In this document: one piece after another, positions 1 through 8,773 of the stretch
Position numbering within the stretch: the first letter of the stretch is position 1
Layout: each line of letters opens with the position of its first letter
The notes under the pieces: generated by a model
Databases searched by the model: none
What the model was told of the DNA's origin: nothing
The model's input: only the letters and a program-made list of their open reading frames with translations
NCBI GenBank assembly: GCA_001004905.1
Contig: LCRY01000002.1
Coordinates: forward strand, 1,559 to 65,558
DNA: 64,000 nt
Reading direction: 5' to 3'
Source: Parcubacteria group bacterium GW2011_GWA1_56_13
Lineage (GTDB): Bacteria; Patescibacteriota; Minisyncoccia; Phycocordibacterales; Phycocordibacteraceae
Translations under genes and position numbers: made by a program

Positions 1-516
1 GCGCTCGCAGCCGTTCTCATAGGCAGCGGACTATACTTGTATTATGCAGAAACGGGCCTCCCCAATACCGAATTGAGCATGGCGAACCCTGCCAGTTCCA
101 CCGACACGACGCCCGAACCGTCCCCTTCCGTGTCCTTCCGTGTTCTGGATTCCGGAACGCAAGCGACCAACGCTCCGGCGCGCAAAAATTATGCAGCGTA
201 CTCCAAGGACGGTTTTGAAAAGCTCTGGACTATGGCTCACGGCAGTAGCGGAGCATCCGTACCCGAGATTGATTTTTCAACAGAATACGCCATCGGCGTA
301 TTTGCTGGACAAAGGCCAACAGGCGGTTATGCGATAGAAGTCGCCTCCGTGACCGACGAGGATGTGGTGCGCACCGTGAACGTCCTGCTTACAAAGCCCG
401 GCACAAACTGTATGGTGACCGAAGCGTTTACCAGCCCTTATCAGATAATCGTCGTGCCCCTAAGCGACGCCGCGCTCGCGCACACGGACGCCGAAACGTC
501 GGCACCATGCAACTGA
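1..516 (+). CDS. 5'-truncated secreted/membrane-anchored protein with PrcB_C-like C-terminal domain
   Basis: Frame 1 is open from base 1, so the gene starts upstream of the window. N-terminal hydrophobic stretch ALAAVLIGSGLYLY. C-terminal GGYAIEVASVTDEDVVRTVNVLLTKPGTNCMVTEAFTSPYQIIVVPL resembles PrcB C-terminal domain proteins. Confidence 0.35.
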   Translation, partial: ALAAVLIGSGLYLYYAETGLPNTELSMANPASSTDTTPEPSPSVSFRVLDSGTQATNAPARKNYAAYSKDGFEKLWTMAHGSSGASVPEIDFSTEYAIGVFAGQRPTGGYAIEVASVTDEDVVRTVNVLLTKPGTNCMVTEAFTSPYQIIVVPLSDAALAHTDAETSAPCN

Positions 517-567
517 ACCACATTTGGGTAAAGCAGATAACTTTCTCCCCGCGCTCGTCTCAAACAA

Positions 568-1947
568 ATGAACGAAGACGTTCATTTGTTACTCGACTCG
601 CTTGGTAGTAGCATTCCCTGTGTGGATGCTTCGGCGCATTTCCGCGGCAAGCGGATTACGGTGATGGGTCTCGGCCTTTTGGGCCGGGGCGTTGGCGATG
701 CGCGGTATCTGGCCGAACAGGACGCGGAACTCATCGTGACCGACCTGAAATCGCGCGAGGAGCTCGCAACCTCGGTCGCACAGCTTGAGGCGTTCACGAA
801 CGTCACCTTCGTGCTCGGCGAACACCGACTCGAGGATTTCCGCGGTCGCGACCTCATCCTCAAAGCCGCGGGCGTCCCGCTTGATTCGGCGTATATCGCC
901 GAAGCGAAGAAGAACGGAATACCAGTCCGCATGAGCGCGGACCTTTTTGCCGAGATGTCCGGGGTCGCGTGCATCGGCATCACCGGCACGCGCGGCAAGT
1001 CCACCGTCGCGCACATGCTGCACACCATTTTGAAAGCAGCGGGGAAGCCGGTACTGCTCGGCGGGAACGTGCGCGGCGTCTCTACGTTGGCGCTTCTTGC
1101 CGAGGCGACACCCGCGCACATCGCAGTACTGGAGCTGGACTCGTGGCAACTACAGGGTTTCGGCGAAGCGAAGACGAGTCCGCATGTCGCCGTATTCACT
1201 ACGTTCTATCCCGACCATTTGAATTATTATCACGACGACCTGAATGTCTATCTCGCGGACAAGGCGAATATCTTTCTCTACCAAAAGCCAGAAGACATGT
1301 TGGTACTCGGTACACAATGCGCGCCGACGGTCATAGACAAATATGGCGACAAGATTGAAGCGAAAACAGTAGTCGTTGACGAGCTTAAACTGCCGGACAC
1401 ATGGACACTTAGGGTTCTCGGGGTACATAACCGGTACGATGCGGCGCTCGCGCTTGCCGCCGCTCGTATGGTGGGCATACCGGATACGACGAGCCGCGAG
1501 GCGCTACAGTCGTTTCCGGGCGTACCGGGCCGGCTCGAACTGCTACGGGAAGTGCGCGGCGTGAAAATCTATAACGATACGACTTCGACCACGCCGGAAG
1601 CGACCATTGCGGCAATCGATGCCCTTCGACAAAGCTCAGGGCAAAATCAAAATCTGATTTTGATTTTGGGCGGCTCCGACAAGAAACTCGACATGGATAA
1701 ACTTCTCGCAAAGCTTCCCGAGGTCAAAAAAGTCATCCTGCTTGCCGGAAGCGGTACGGAACGCATCCGAGAGACAGTGCTCGGCGCGCCGGTGTATGAC
1801 ACGCTCGTGGAGGCGGTAACCGACGCTTTCGATGCGGCGACGCCGGGCGACGCCGTACTGTTCTCTCCGGCGTTTACTTCGTTCGGGATGTTCAAGAACG
1901 AATTCGACCGCGGCGACCGGTTCAATGCTATCGTGCAAACACTATGA
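568..1947 (+). CDS. murD: UDP-N-acetylmuramoyl-L-alanine--D-glutamate ligase
   Basis: 459 aa. N-terminal Rossmann-like GLGLLGRGVGDARYL. Mur ligase P-loop ACIGITGTRGKSTVAHML. C-terminal Mur ligase domain. ATGA overlap with the next gene. Confidence 0.9.
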   Translation: MNEDVHLLLDSLGSSIPCVDASAHFRGKRITVMGLGLLGRGVGDARYLAEQDAELIVTDLKSREELATSVAQLEAFTNVTFVLGEHRLEDFRGRDLILKAAGVPLDSAYIAEAKKNGIPVRMSADLFAEMSGVACIGITGTRGKSTVAHMLHTILKAAGKPVLLGGNVRGVSTLALLAEATPAHIAVLELDSWQLQGFGEAKTSPHVAVFTTFYPDHLNYYHDDLNVYLADKANIFLYQKPEDMLVLGTQCAPTVIDKYGDKIEAKTVVVDELKLPDTWTLRVLGVHNRYDAALALAAARMVGIPDTTSREALQSFPGVPGRLELLREVRGVKIYNDTTSTTPEATIAAIDALRQSSGQNQNLILILGGSDKKLDMDKLLAKLPEVKKVILLAGSGTERIRETVLGAPVYDTLVEAVTDAFDAATPGDAVLFSPAFTSFGMFKNEFDRGDRFNAIVQTL

Positions 1948-3215
1948 AGAAAGTGTATTTCATCGGTATCGGCGGGATAGGAATGAGCGCGCTCGCGCAG
2001 TATTTCAAGGACCGGGGAGCGCAAGTAACTGGCTCGGATAGAGAAGCGAGCCCGGTGACCGAGCTGTTAGAGAAAAAAGGTGTCAAGGTCATGATCGGCC
2101 AGCGGGCCGAGAATGTTCTTGCGGATGTCGAGGTAATCGTCTACAGCGACGCGGTTCCGGCGGACAATCCAGAACGCGCTCGTGCCGCCGAACTCGATAT
2201 TCCGCAGAAATCATACTTTCAGATGCTCGGCGAGATATCGGCGGGAAAGCGCACAGTTGCGGTTGCCGGTACGCACGGCAAGACGACCACGACCGGCATG
2301 CTCGCGAAAATACTGAAGGACGCGGGCGCCTCGCCGACTGCGGTCGTGGGTTCCATCGTGAAGGATTTCAATTCGAATTATATTTCGGGAACGTCCGATC
2401 TGTTCGTCGTCGAGGCGTGCGAGTATCGTGACCACCTCCTCGAGCTCACCCCGCAGGTGCTCGTCATCACGAATCTCGAATGGGATCATACCGACTTCTT
2501 TCCGTCGCTTGAGGCATTACAGGCGACGTTCCGCAGAGCCATTCAGCGCGTAACGGGAGGCGGCGCCGTCGTCACCGATCCGAATAATCAGAACATTGCG
2601 CCGCTCCTGGCCGAAGCCAGCATACGCATCATCGATTACACAGCGGAACCCCCGTATGAACTCCGTTTGCTCGGCGGGTTCAATCAGATGAATGCCCGCG
2701 CGGCCGCAGCGGCCGCGCGCACTGCACATCCCGGCATCTCGAATGATGCGATCCGCGCGTCGCTAGCTTCATTCCACGGCACCTGGCGCAGATTTGAATA
2801 CAAAGGAAAAAGCTCTCGAGGCGCGGATGTGTACGATGATTATGCGCATCACCCGACCGCGATACGAGAGACGCTTCGTGCGTTGCGCGGCAAAACGGGC
2901 GGGAGGATAATCGTCGCATTTCATCCGCATCTCTACAGTCGCACGCGCGATCTTTTGGACGGATTCGCGACTGCGTTCGGCGAGGCCGACAAGGTACTTA
3001 TCGCGCCGATTTATGCCGCGCGGGAGGTGGATGACGGGAGTATTTCAAGCGAGATCCTTGCCGAGCGCATTCGACAGAATGGCACAGAGGCCGTTGCACT
3101 CGATTTCGGTGCTATTGAGCGAGCGCTCAAAGAGGTGGAAACGGATAGCACCATCCTGACTATGGGCGCCGGCGACATCTACAAGATCGCCGACGCGCTC
3201 GTGGCGGGGACATAG
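1944..3215 (+). CDS. murC: UDP-N-acetylmuramate--L-alanine ligase
   Basis: 423 aa. VYFIGIGGIGMSALAQYF. P-loop AVAGTHGKTTTTGML. DDYAHHPTAI motif typical of MurC. Confidence 0.9.
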   Translation: MKKVYFIGIGGIGMSALAQYFKDRGAQVTGSDREASPVTELLEKKGVKVMIGQRAENVLADVEVIVYSDAVPADNPERARAAELDIPQKSYFQMLGEISAGKRTVAVAGTHGKTTTTGMLAKILKDAGASPTAVVGSIVKDFNSNYISGTSDLFVVEACEYRDHLLELTPQVLVITNLEWDHTDFFPSLEALQATFRRAIQRVTGGGAVVTDPNNQNIAPLLAEASIRIIDYTAEPPYELRLLGGFNQMNARAAAAAARTAHPGISNDAIRASLASFHGTWRRFEYKGKSSRGADVYDDYAHHPTAIRETLRALRGKTGGRIIVAFHPHLYSRTRDLLDGFATAFGEADKVLIAPIYAAREVDDGSISSEILAERIRQNGTEAVALDFGAIERALKEVETDSTILTMGAGDIYKIADALVAGT

Positions 3216-3216
3216 T

Positions 3217-3939
3217 ATGGGAACGTCTCTCGACATGGCTCAAGGCAAGCTTTCCGTCGTCGCGACGCCGATAGGCAATTTGGAAGACATCACGCTGCGC
3301 GCCCTGCGGACGCTCAAGGCATGCAACGTCATTTATGCCGAAGACACGCGCGTCATTTCGAAGCTGCTCGCGCGATATGAGATCAAAAAGCCGCTGCAAC
3401 GGCTTGATGCGGCGACGGAGGTGAAAAAGGCCGACGATATACTCGCCCGGCTTGAAGCGGGGGAGCACATCGCATTGGTCACGGACGCGGGCACGCCGGG
3501 GATCTCCGACCCGGGGGCGCGGCTCGTGGCGCAAGTGCGCAAGCGCTTATCAGGAGCGACCATCGAGGCGATACCGGGACCTTCCGCACTTACCACCGCG
3601 CTTTCTATCGCCGGAGTAGACACGACCGGATTTACCTTCATGGGATTTCTGCCGCATAAGAAAGGGCGGCAGACCGCGCTCGGGAAAATCGCGGCGATGG
3701 TTCGATCGGACTCACCACAAGGCGGAATTCCCGTCGTACTGTACGAGTCGCCGCACCGGATACTGAAACTATTGCGGGAGCTCAATGCTCTCGAGATATC
3801 GCGGGTCATCGTTGCGCGCGAGCTCACGAAAATCCACGAAGAGGTCATCGCCGGTACGCCAGACGAGATGCTTGCGCACTTCAGCGCTCGCCCGGATACG
3901 GTGCGCGGGGAATTTGTGGTTATAATCGAGGCGAGGTAA
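3217..3939 (+). CDS. rsmI: 16S rRNA (cytidine1402-2'-O)-methyltransferase
   Basis: 240 aa. LSVVATPIGNLEDITLRALRTLKACNVIYAEDTR is the tetrapyrrole-methylase-fold RsmI signature. Confidence 0.85.
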   Translation: MGTSLDMAQGKLSVVATPIGNLEDITLRALRTLKACNVIYAEDTRVISKLLARYEIKKPLQRLDAATEVKKADDILARLEAGEHIALVTDAGTPGISDPGARLVAQVRKRLSGATIEAIPGPSALTTALSIAGVDTTGFTFMGFLPHKKGRQTALGKIAAMVRSDSPQGGIPVVLYESPHRILKLLRELNALEISRVIVARELTKIHEEVIAGTPDEMLAHFSARPDTVRGEFVVIIEAR

Positions 3940-3961
3940 TTCGAGACTACAGATATAGCCA

Positions 3962-3999
3962 CCCCGTGAGATGGCGGCTTCGCCTATCTCACGGGGTTT
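3962..3999 (+). terminator. Rho-independent terminator after rsmI
   Basis: Perfect 11-bp inverted repeat ccccgtgagat / atctcacgggg (3962-3972, 3986-3996) with a 13-nt loop, followed by ttt. Confidence 0.55.
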
Positions 4000-4001
4000 C
4001 G

Positions 4002-4020
4002 CGTAGTGTGATACACTACG
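4002..4020. promoter_or_regulatory. Palindromic operator-like site
   Basis: cgtagtgt-gat-acactacg: perfect 8-bp inverted repeat with 3-nt spacer, lying between the rsmI terminator and the ATG at 4024. Confidence 0.3.
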
Positions 4021-4023
4021 CTC

Positions 4024-4176
4024 ATGTCCCGCTCCAGCGTCCTTTTGCTTCTCGGCGTCCTCATCATACTTACACCGTTCTCCGGATTGCCAATCGCGGC
4101 CCGTACCCTGTTTCTCGTCGTTTTCGGCGCCTGCATTTTCGGCATCGGTCTTTCATTGCGCGTTCATAGAGAATAA
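4024..4176 (+). CDS. Hypothetical small membrane protein (50 aa, two hydrophobic segments)
   Basis: ATG-initiated ORF below the 60-aa cutoff of the track: MSRSSVLLLLGVLIILTPFSGLPIAARTLFLVVFGACIFGIGLSLRVHRE. Strongly hydrophobic and not Arg-rich, unlike the overlapping track ORF 3966..4169, which looks spurious. Confidence 0.25.
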   Translation: MSRSSVLLLLGVLIILTPFSGLPIAARTLFLVVFGACIFGIGLSLRVHRE

Positions 4177-4306
4177 GGTTTTTTTGCTATACCCGCACAC
4201 CATAACGAGCCGTTGCGTCTTAATCGGCCGTTCGTTAACTTCCCAAAGCATAGAAAGGAAGGAAATCGTACCTCCAAATTGGGAAACTTGTTGACGCAAA
4301 AGCCGA

Positions 4307-4336
4307 TTTACGGCTCGTTTGGTGTTCGGGTATACT
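4307..4336 (+). promoter_or_regulatory. Putative sigma70-like promoter giving a leaderless transcript for the VirD4-like gene
   Basis: -35 TTTACG (4307-4312), 18-nt spacer, -10 TATACT (4331-4336). ATG at 4345 lies about 8 nt after the -10. Confidence 0.3.
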
Positions 4337-4344
4337 AGAACGCA

Positions 4345-5910
4345 ATGGAGAATCCAGAGCGCGTTACCTACTTCGCGGCGACTGATGCGCGAGGGAAACA
4401 TGTTCCCTTCGGCATCAAGGCAAAAGACCGGGACCGCCACATGTACGTCATCGGCAAGACCGGCATGGGCAAGTCGACCTTGCTCGAGAACATGGCGATC
4501 CAGGATATCAGGAACGGGGAGGGATTTGCCTTTATCGATCCGCATGGGGGGACCGCCGACCGGCTCCTCGACTATATACCCGAGAATCGCATAAAGGACG
4601 TGGTGTATTTCGCGCCGTTCGACCTCGAGCACCCCATCGCGTTCAATGTGATGGAGGACGTCGGGTACGATAAGCGCCATCTCGTCGTTTCCGGCCTCAT
4701 GGCGACTTTCAAGAAGATATGGGAGGACGCATGGAGCGCGCGCATGGAGTACATTCTCACGAACACGCTTCTCGCCCTGCTCGAATATCCGGGCGCAACT
4801 CTGCTCGGCGTCAACCGCATGTATACCGACAAGGAATACAGGAAAAAAGTGGTTGAAAATGTGAAAGACCCGGTCGTGAAAGAGTTCTGGGTCAAGGAAT
4901 TTACGACGTACACCGACCGATACACGCAGGAAGCGACGCCCGCCATCCAGAACAAGGTCGGCCAATTCACCGGCAATCCGCTCATCAGGAATATCATCGG
5001 TCAGCCGAAATCTTCCTTCGACATCCGCACGATGATGGATGAGAAAAAAATCCTCATCATCAACCTTTCCAAGGGGCTCGTGGGCGAGACGAACATGCGC
5101 CTGCTCGGTTCCATGCTCACAACACGCATTTTTCTCTCCGCGATGAGCAGGGCAAACCTTTCTGCCGCAAAACTCGCCGAACTCCCACATTTCTATTTCT
5201 ATGTCGACGAATTCCAGAACTTCGCGAACCAGACGTTCGCGGAAATACTTTCCGAGTCGCGCAAATATAAATTGGACCTCGTCATTGCGCACCAGTACAT
5301 AGAACAAATGGAGGAAGAGGTGCGCGATGCCGTCTTCGGCAACGTCGGCACGACCGTCGCCTTTCGCGTCGGGCCGTTTGATGCCGAAGTGCTGGAGACC
5401 ATTTTCATGCCGCGATTCACAAAAGAGGACGTCGTCGGCCTCGACCGGCGGCAGGTCTATCTCACGCTCATGATAGATGGCGTCGGGTCGGCACCTTTTT
5501 CCGCGGTGACCATTCCGCCCATCGAACCGCCCCCGGTCTCCTATAGGGAGCAGGTCATCGCCTCGTCACGCGCCCAGTTCACCGCTCCGCGTGCCGACGT
5601 GGAGCACGTCATCATCGAAGAGCTCGCCGCAAGCGCCGCATCGGCGATGCTGCCGGACGCCAGGATGCGCAAAAAGCCCGCAGTGCGTCCGCCCGTCCCC
5701 ACAGAAGCAGCGAGGAGCGAACCGCGACAGGCCACCCAAGAGCGGACGGAATTTCATCCACGGACACCACCGGAAGCCGCAAGGCCATTCGTCCATCCTT
5801 CAGTTCCGCGCCTCCCGCGCGAGCCGGCGAAGCAATTTGCTCCAAGGCCTCTCGTGGCAAAAGACGCCGAGGACCTTCCCGCCAGAGGCGGGCTCGTCCG
5901 AGGACCTTAA
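4345..5910 (+). CDS. VirD4/TraD/TraG-like type IV coupling-protein-family AAA ATPase with low-complexity Pro/Arg/Ala-rich C-terminus
   Basis: Walker A YVIGKTGMGKSTLLENM, then FIDPHGG. Walker B HFYFYVDEFQNFA. Last ~130 aa are low complexity. Possible +1 frameshift near 5867-5910 (see findings). Confidence 0.7.
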   Translation: MENPERVTYFAATDARGKHVPFGIKAKDRDRHMYVIGKTGMGKSTLLENMAIQDIRNGEGFAFIDPHGGTADRLLDYIPENRIKDVVYFAPFDLEHPIAFNVMEDVGYDKRHLVVSGLMATFKKIWEDAWSARMEYILTNTLLALLEYPGATLLGVNRMYTDKEYRKKVVENVKDPVVKEFWVKEFTTYTDRYTQEATPAIQNKVGQFTGNPLIRNIIGQPKSSFDIRTMMDEKKILIINLSKGLVGETNMRLLGSMLTTRIFLSAMSRANLSAAKLAELPHFYFYVDEFQNFANQTFAEILSESRKYKLDLVIAHQYIEQMEEEVRDAVFGNVGTTVAFRVGPFDAEVLETIFMPRFTKEDVVGLDRRQVYLTLMIDGVGSAPFSAVTIPPIEPPPVSYREQVIASSRAQFTAPRADVEHVIIEELAASAASAMLPDARMRKKPAVRPPVPTEAARSEPRQATQERTEFHPRTPPEAARPFVHPSVPRLPREPAKQFAPRPLVAKDAEDLPARGGLVRGP

Positions 5911-6158
5911 GGCCATCCTGCGCTCCATGACGGCGAAGGACGGCGAAGAAAAAGAAAGGAAGCAGGAACAGCGCCAAGAATCACTCAAAGGCACTCTTGC
6001 CGCCGTCTTACAGAGGAACCAGTCCGCTCCGCAGAAACGCGAACGAAGTGAGGAACCGGCTCCGGCCAAGCAGCAGCCGGCCGCGCCAAAGAAAAAACCT
6101 TTCGAAGTTCCTGAAGATGCTCTCCGCAAGGTGCTCAAGGGCGAACAATAGCCCGTGT

Positions 6159-6689
6159 ATGCGCATCGCCGGACTTCTCGCACTGGCTGCTTTTCTCCCG
6201 GTGGTCGCGTACGCGGCACTTGTGAATATCAATACGGCGGATGTCGCACTTCTTGAAACGCTTAAAGGCATCGGCCCTTCAAAGGCCGCTGCCATTGTTG
6301 AATATCGCACCGAGCACGGTCCGTTCACGGCTGTCGAGGATATCCAAAAAGTAAGCGGGATTGGTCCGGTCACCTTTGCGAATTTGAAGGGCTCCATCAC
6401 CGTCGCCACGCCCGCATCGCAACCTTCCGCCGACGGAGCGGGTTATGAAACAGTGAAGGCGGTCGAGCCGCCCGGAGTCAGCAAAGGCGCACCGATTACC
6501 AGCACGGAGACGAACATTCAAACGCATGAAAAAGAAGTTCGCGCCCCCGCGGCGGCGACAGACCTCGCCGCCGCGGGGGCGGCATTGCCTCCTCAAACCA
6601 GTCGCGGTGCTGGCATCTTCCATTCGCCGTGGACACTCGGTCTCCTCGGCATCATAGTGCTCGCGGGTAGCGCATTCATATTCCTATAA
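6159..6689 (+). CDS. comEA: ComEA-like DNA-binding competence protein (signal peptide + tandem helix-hairpin-helix + C-terminal TM anchor)
   Basis: Start moved to ATG 6159 (MRIAGLLALAAFLPVVAYAALV signal-like). NINTADVALLETLKGIGPSKAAAIVEYRTEHGPFTAVEDIQKVSGIGPVTFANLK is the ComEA HhH signature. C-terminal hydrophobic WTLGLLGIIVLAGSAFIFL. Confidence 0.8.
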   Translation: MRIAGLLALAAFLPVVAYAALVNINTADVALLETLKGIGPSKAAAIVEYRTEHGPFTAVEDIQKVSGIGPVTFANLKGSITVATPASQPSADGAGYETVKAVEPPGVSKGAPITSTETNIQTHEKEVRAPAAATDLAAAGAALPPQTSRGAGIFHSPWTLGLLGIIVLAGSAFIFL

Positions 6690-6770
6690 TGAAACTTATT
6701 CTTGTAACCCCGGTACCACAACCTCGCTACGCTCAGTTGGTTACGGGGCAGGCTGGTGGCAAAATTGAAT

Positions 6771-7628
6771 ATGCGTGATAAAAAATTGATTTTAGTAACA
6801 GGCGGGGCGGGGTTCATTGGCTCGCATCTCTGCGCCCGCCTGGCAAGGGATGGTCATCGCGTCATTTCTCTCGACAATTACTTTACCGGCAGCCGTGAAA
6901 ATCACATTGCGGGCGTGGATTATCGTGAGGGTCACACGAAGGACATCGAGAAGCACGTGAACGAGACACCCGATATTATTTTTCATCTGGGCGAATACTC
7001 GCGCGTCGAAAAGAGTCTTCAGGAGCCAGCACTCGTGTGGGACTTGAATAAAGACGGAACGTTCGGCGTGCTCGAATTTTGGCGCAAGCACGGCGGCAAA
7101 CTCATCTACGCTGGCTCCTCAACGAAATTCGGCGATGGAGGCCTCGGCCGTGATCAGAGTCCATATGCCTGGACGAAGGCCAGCAACACCGAGCTGGTCA
7201 GAAATTACAGCGCCTGGTACGCCCTACCGCACGCCATCACCTATTTCTATAACGTGTACGGTCCCGGGGAACGCTCTGGCACATACGGTACCGTCATCGA
7301 GATCTTCCGGCAGAAACAGCATGCGGGCGAACCGCTCACAGTAACGGCACCGGGAACGCAAAAACGAAACTTTACTCATGTTGACGACATCATCGAGGGT
7401 CTTCTGCTCGTCAGTGCGAACGGGATGGGGGATGACTTCGGCATCGGTGATGAACACGCATACTCGATATTGGAGGTCGCACGGCTATTCGGCGGCGATA
7501 TCGTCATGAAACCCTCCGCGCCAGGCAATCGCATGACTTCCGATATCGACGTCTCGAAAACACGCGCGCTCGGCTGGGCTCCGAAAAAGAAATTGGCCGA
7601 CTACATCGCGGAAGTTCGCAAGACATGA
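6771..7628 (+). CDS. NAD-dependent sugar-nucleotide epimerase/dehydratase (short-chain, extended SDR)
   Basis: LILVTGGAGFIGSHL Rossmann motif. Catalytic YAWTK (YxxxK). Track start 6756 is a GTG; ATG 6771 preferred. Confidence 0.85.
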   Translation: MRDKKLILVTGGAGFIGSHLCARLARDGHRVISLDNYFTGSRENHIAGVDYREGHTKDIEKHVNETPDIIFHLGEYSRVEKSLQEPALVWDLNKDGTFGVLEFWRKHGGKLIYAGSSTKFGDGGLGRDQSPYAWTKASNTELVRNYSAWYALPHAITYFYNVYGPGERSGTYGTVIEIFRQKQHAGEPLTVTAPGTQKRNFTHVDDIIEGLLLVSANGMGDDFGIGDEHAYSILEVARLFGGDIVMKPSAPGNRMTSDIDVSKTRALGWAPKKKLADYIAEVRKT

Positions 7629-8764
7629 AGCGGATACTCATTTTCTCTCTTGCGTACTACCCACACGTCGGCGGCGCCGAAGTGGCCGTGAAGGAAATCT
7701 CCGATCGAATGTCCGACATCGAATTCCACATGCTCACCCTGAATTTCGGTGCCGATGTGGCACAGGAGAAAATAGGGAATATTTTCGTGCATCGGGTCGG
7801 GAACGGGCACTCCTATCTCTCAAAGATACTTTTCGTGCCGCGCGCCGCGTATGCAGCGCGCGCGATGCATGCCACACTCCATTTTGACTGCTTGTGGGCA
7901 ATGATGAGCTACATGCTTTTTCCGATTGTGCTGCTGCGTTTTATGAGACTGAAAGTGCCATATCTGCTCACGCTCCAGGAAGGCGATCCTTGGGAACACG
8001 TGTTTTCACGATGGTTTATTCTTCCGCTACGACCGCTCCTCTCGATGGGATTCAGGCACGCGTCCGCCATACAGACCATTTCAACCTACCTTGCGCGGTG
8101 GGCGCGTCACATGGGTTTCGAAAAAGAGGTGGTCGTCATTCCGAATGGCGTAGACCTTGAGCGTTTTGCAAGGACGGCGCATCCATCGGTTATGACTGCG
8201 GGCACGCTGAATCTAGTGACTGCTTCGCGCTTGGTACGCAAGAACGCCATTGATGATGTGATCCGCGCTCTTGTACTTTTGCCGGAGAATGTGCAATTCA
8301 TAGTCTATGGCACCGGCCCCGACGAGGCGAAATTAAAAAAGCTTTCTCAGGAACTCAATGTTTCTGATCGCGTATTGTTCAAAGGATATATTCCGCATGC
8401 CGAATTGGCGCGCGCATTCGGGACGGCTCATATCTTCATCCGTCCCTCGCGTTCGGAGGGCATGGGCAACTCCTTCATCGAGGCGATGGCGGCCGGGCTG
8501 CCGGTCATTGCCACGCAGGAAGGCGGCATCGCTGATTTCTTATTCGATGAAAAGCGTGATCCCGATAAGGAGGCGACGGGGTGGGCGGTAGATAAGGACT
8601 CTCCGGAGCAAATAGCGTTCGCCGTTAAAGACATTATGACGAATCCAGGGAAAGTGGCGCGCGTGACGGCGAACGCATCTCGGCTCGTGCGCGAAAGATA
8701 CGGCTGGAATCTCATCGCCCGGCAGATGAGACAGGTATTCGACCAAGCGCTCGCCAGCCGCTAA
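7625..8764 (+). CDS. Glycosyltransferase family 4 (GT-B)
   Basis: E-x7-E region RPSRSEGMGNSFIEAMAAGLPVIAT. ATGA overlap with upstream gene. Confidence 0.85.
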   Translation: MKRILIFSLAYYPHVGGAEVAVKEISDRMSDIEFHMLTLNFGADVAQEKIGNIFVHRVGNGHSYLSKILFVPRAAYAARAMHATLHFDCLWAMMSYMLFPIVLLRFMRLKVPYLLTLQEGDPWEHVFSRWFILPLRPLLSMGFRHASAIQTISTYLARWARHMGFEKEVVVIPNGVDLERFARTAHPSVMTAGTLNLVTASRLVRKNAIDDVIRALVLLPENVQFIVYGTGPDEAKLKKLSQELNVSDRVLFKGYIPHAELARAFGTAHIFIRPSRSEGMGNSFIEAMAAGLPVIATQEGGIADFLFDEKRDPDKEATGWAVDKDSPEQIAFAVKDIMTNPGKVARVTANASRLVRERYGWNLIARQMRQVFDQALASR

Positions 8765-8773
8765 ACTGCCCGT

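Noticed and set aside
582-1199. Minus-strand ORFs (205 and 186 aa) inside murD
   Set aside because: Fully antisense to a well-supported murD. Arg/Ser/Ala-rich high-GC artefacts.
3966-4169. 67-aa Arg-rich ORF from the track
   Set aside because: Overlaps the terminator and palindrome. Out of frame with the more plausible hydrophobic 50-aa ORF at 4024.
4153-5307. 384-aa minus-strand ORF overlapping the VirD4-like gene
   Set aside because: Antisense to a gene with clear Walker A/B motifs. Composition is typical of a GC-rich antisense frame, with no motif.
5591-6151. 186-aa plus ORF as an independent gene
   Set aside because: Its 5' half overlaps the ATPase in another frame. Only the 3' part (after 5910) looks coding. 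Treated as a possible frameshift continuation rather than a separate gene.
6690-6770. Possible tRNA or structured RNA in the comEA-epimerase gap (gtaacccc...ggttacgggg)
   Set aside because: The apparent repeat is not a true inverted repeat (arms not complementary in the right orientation). Too short and lacking tRNA features.
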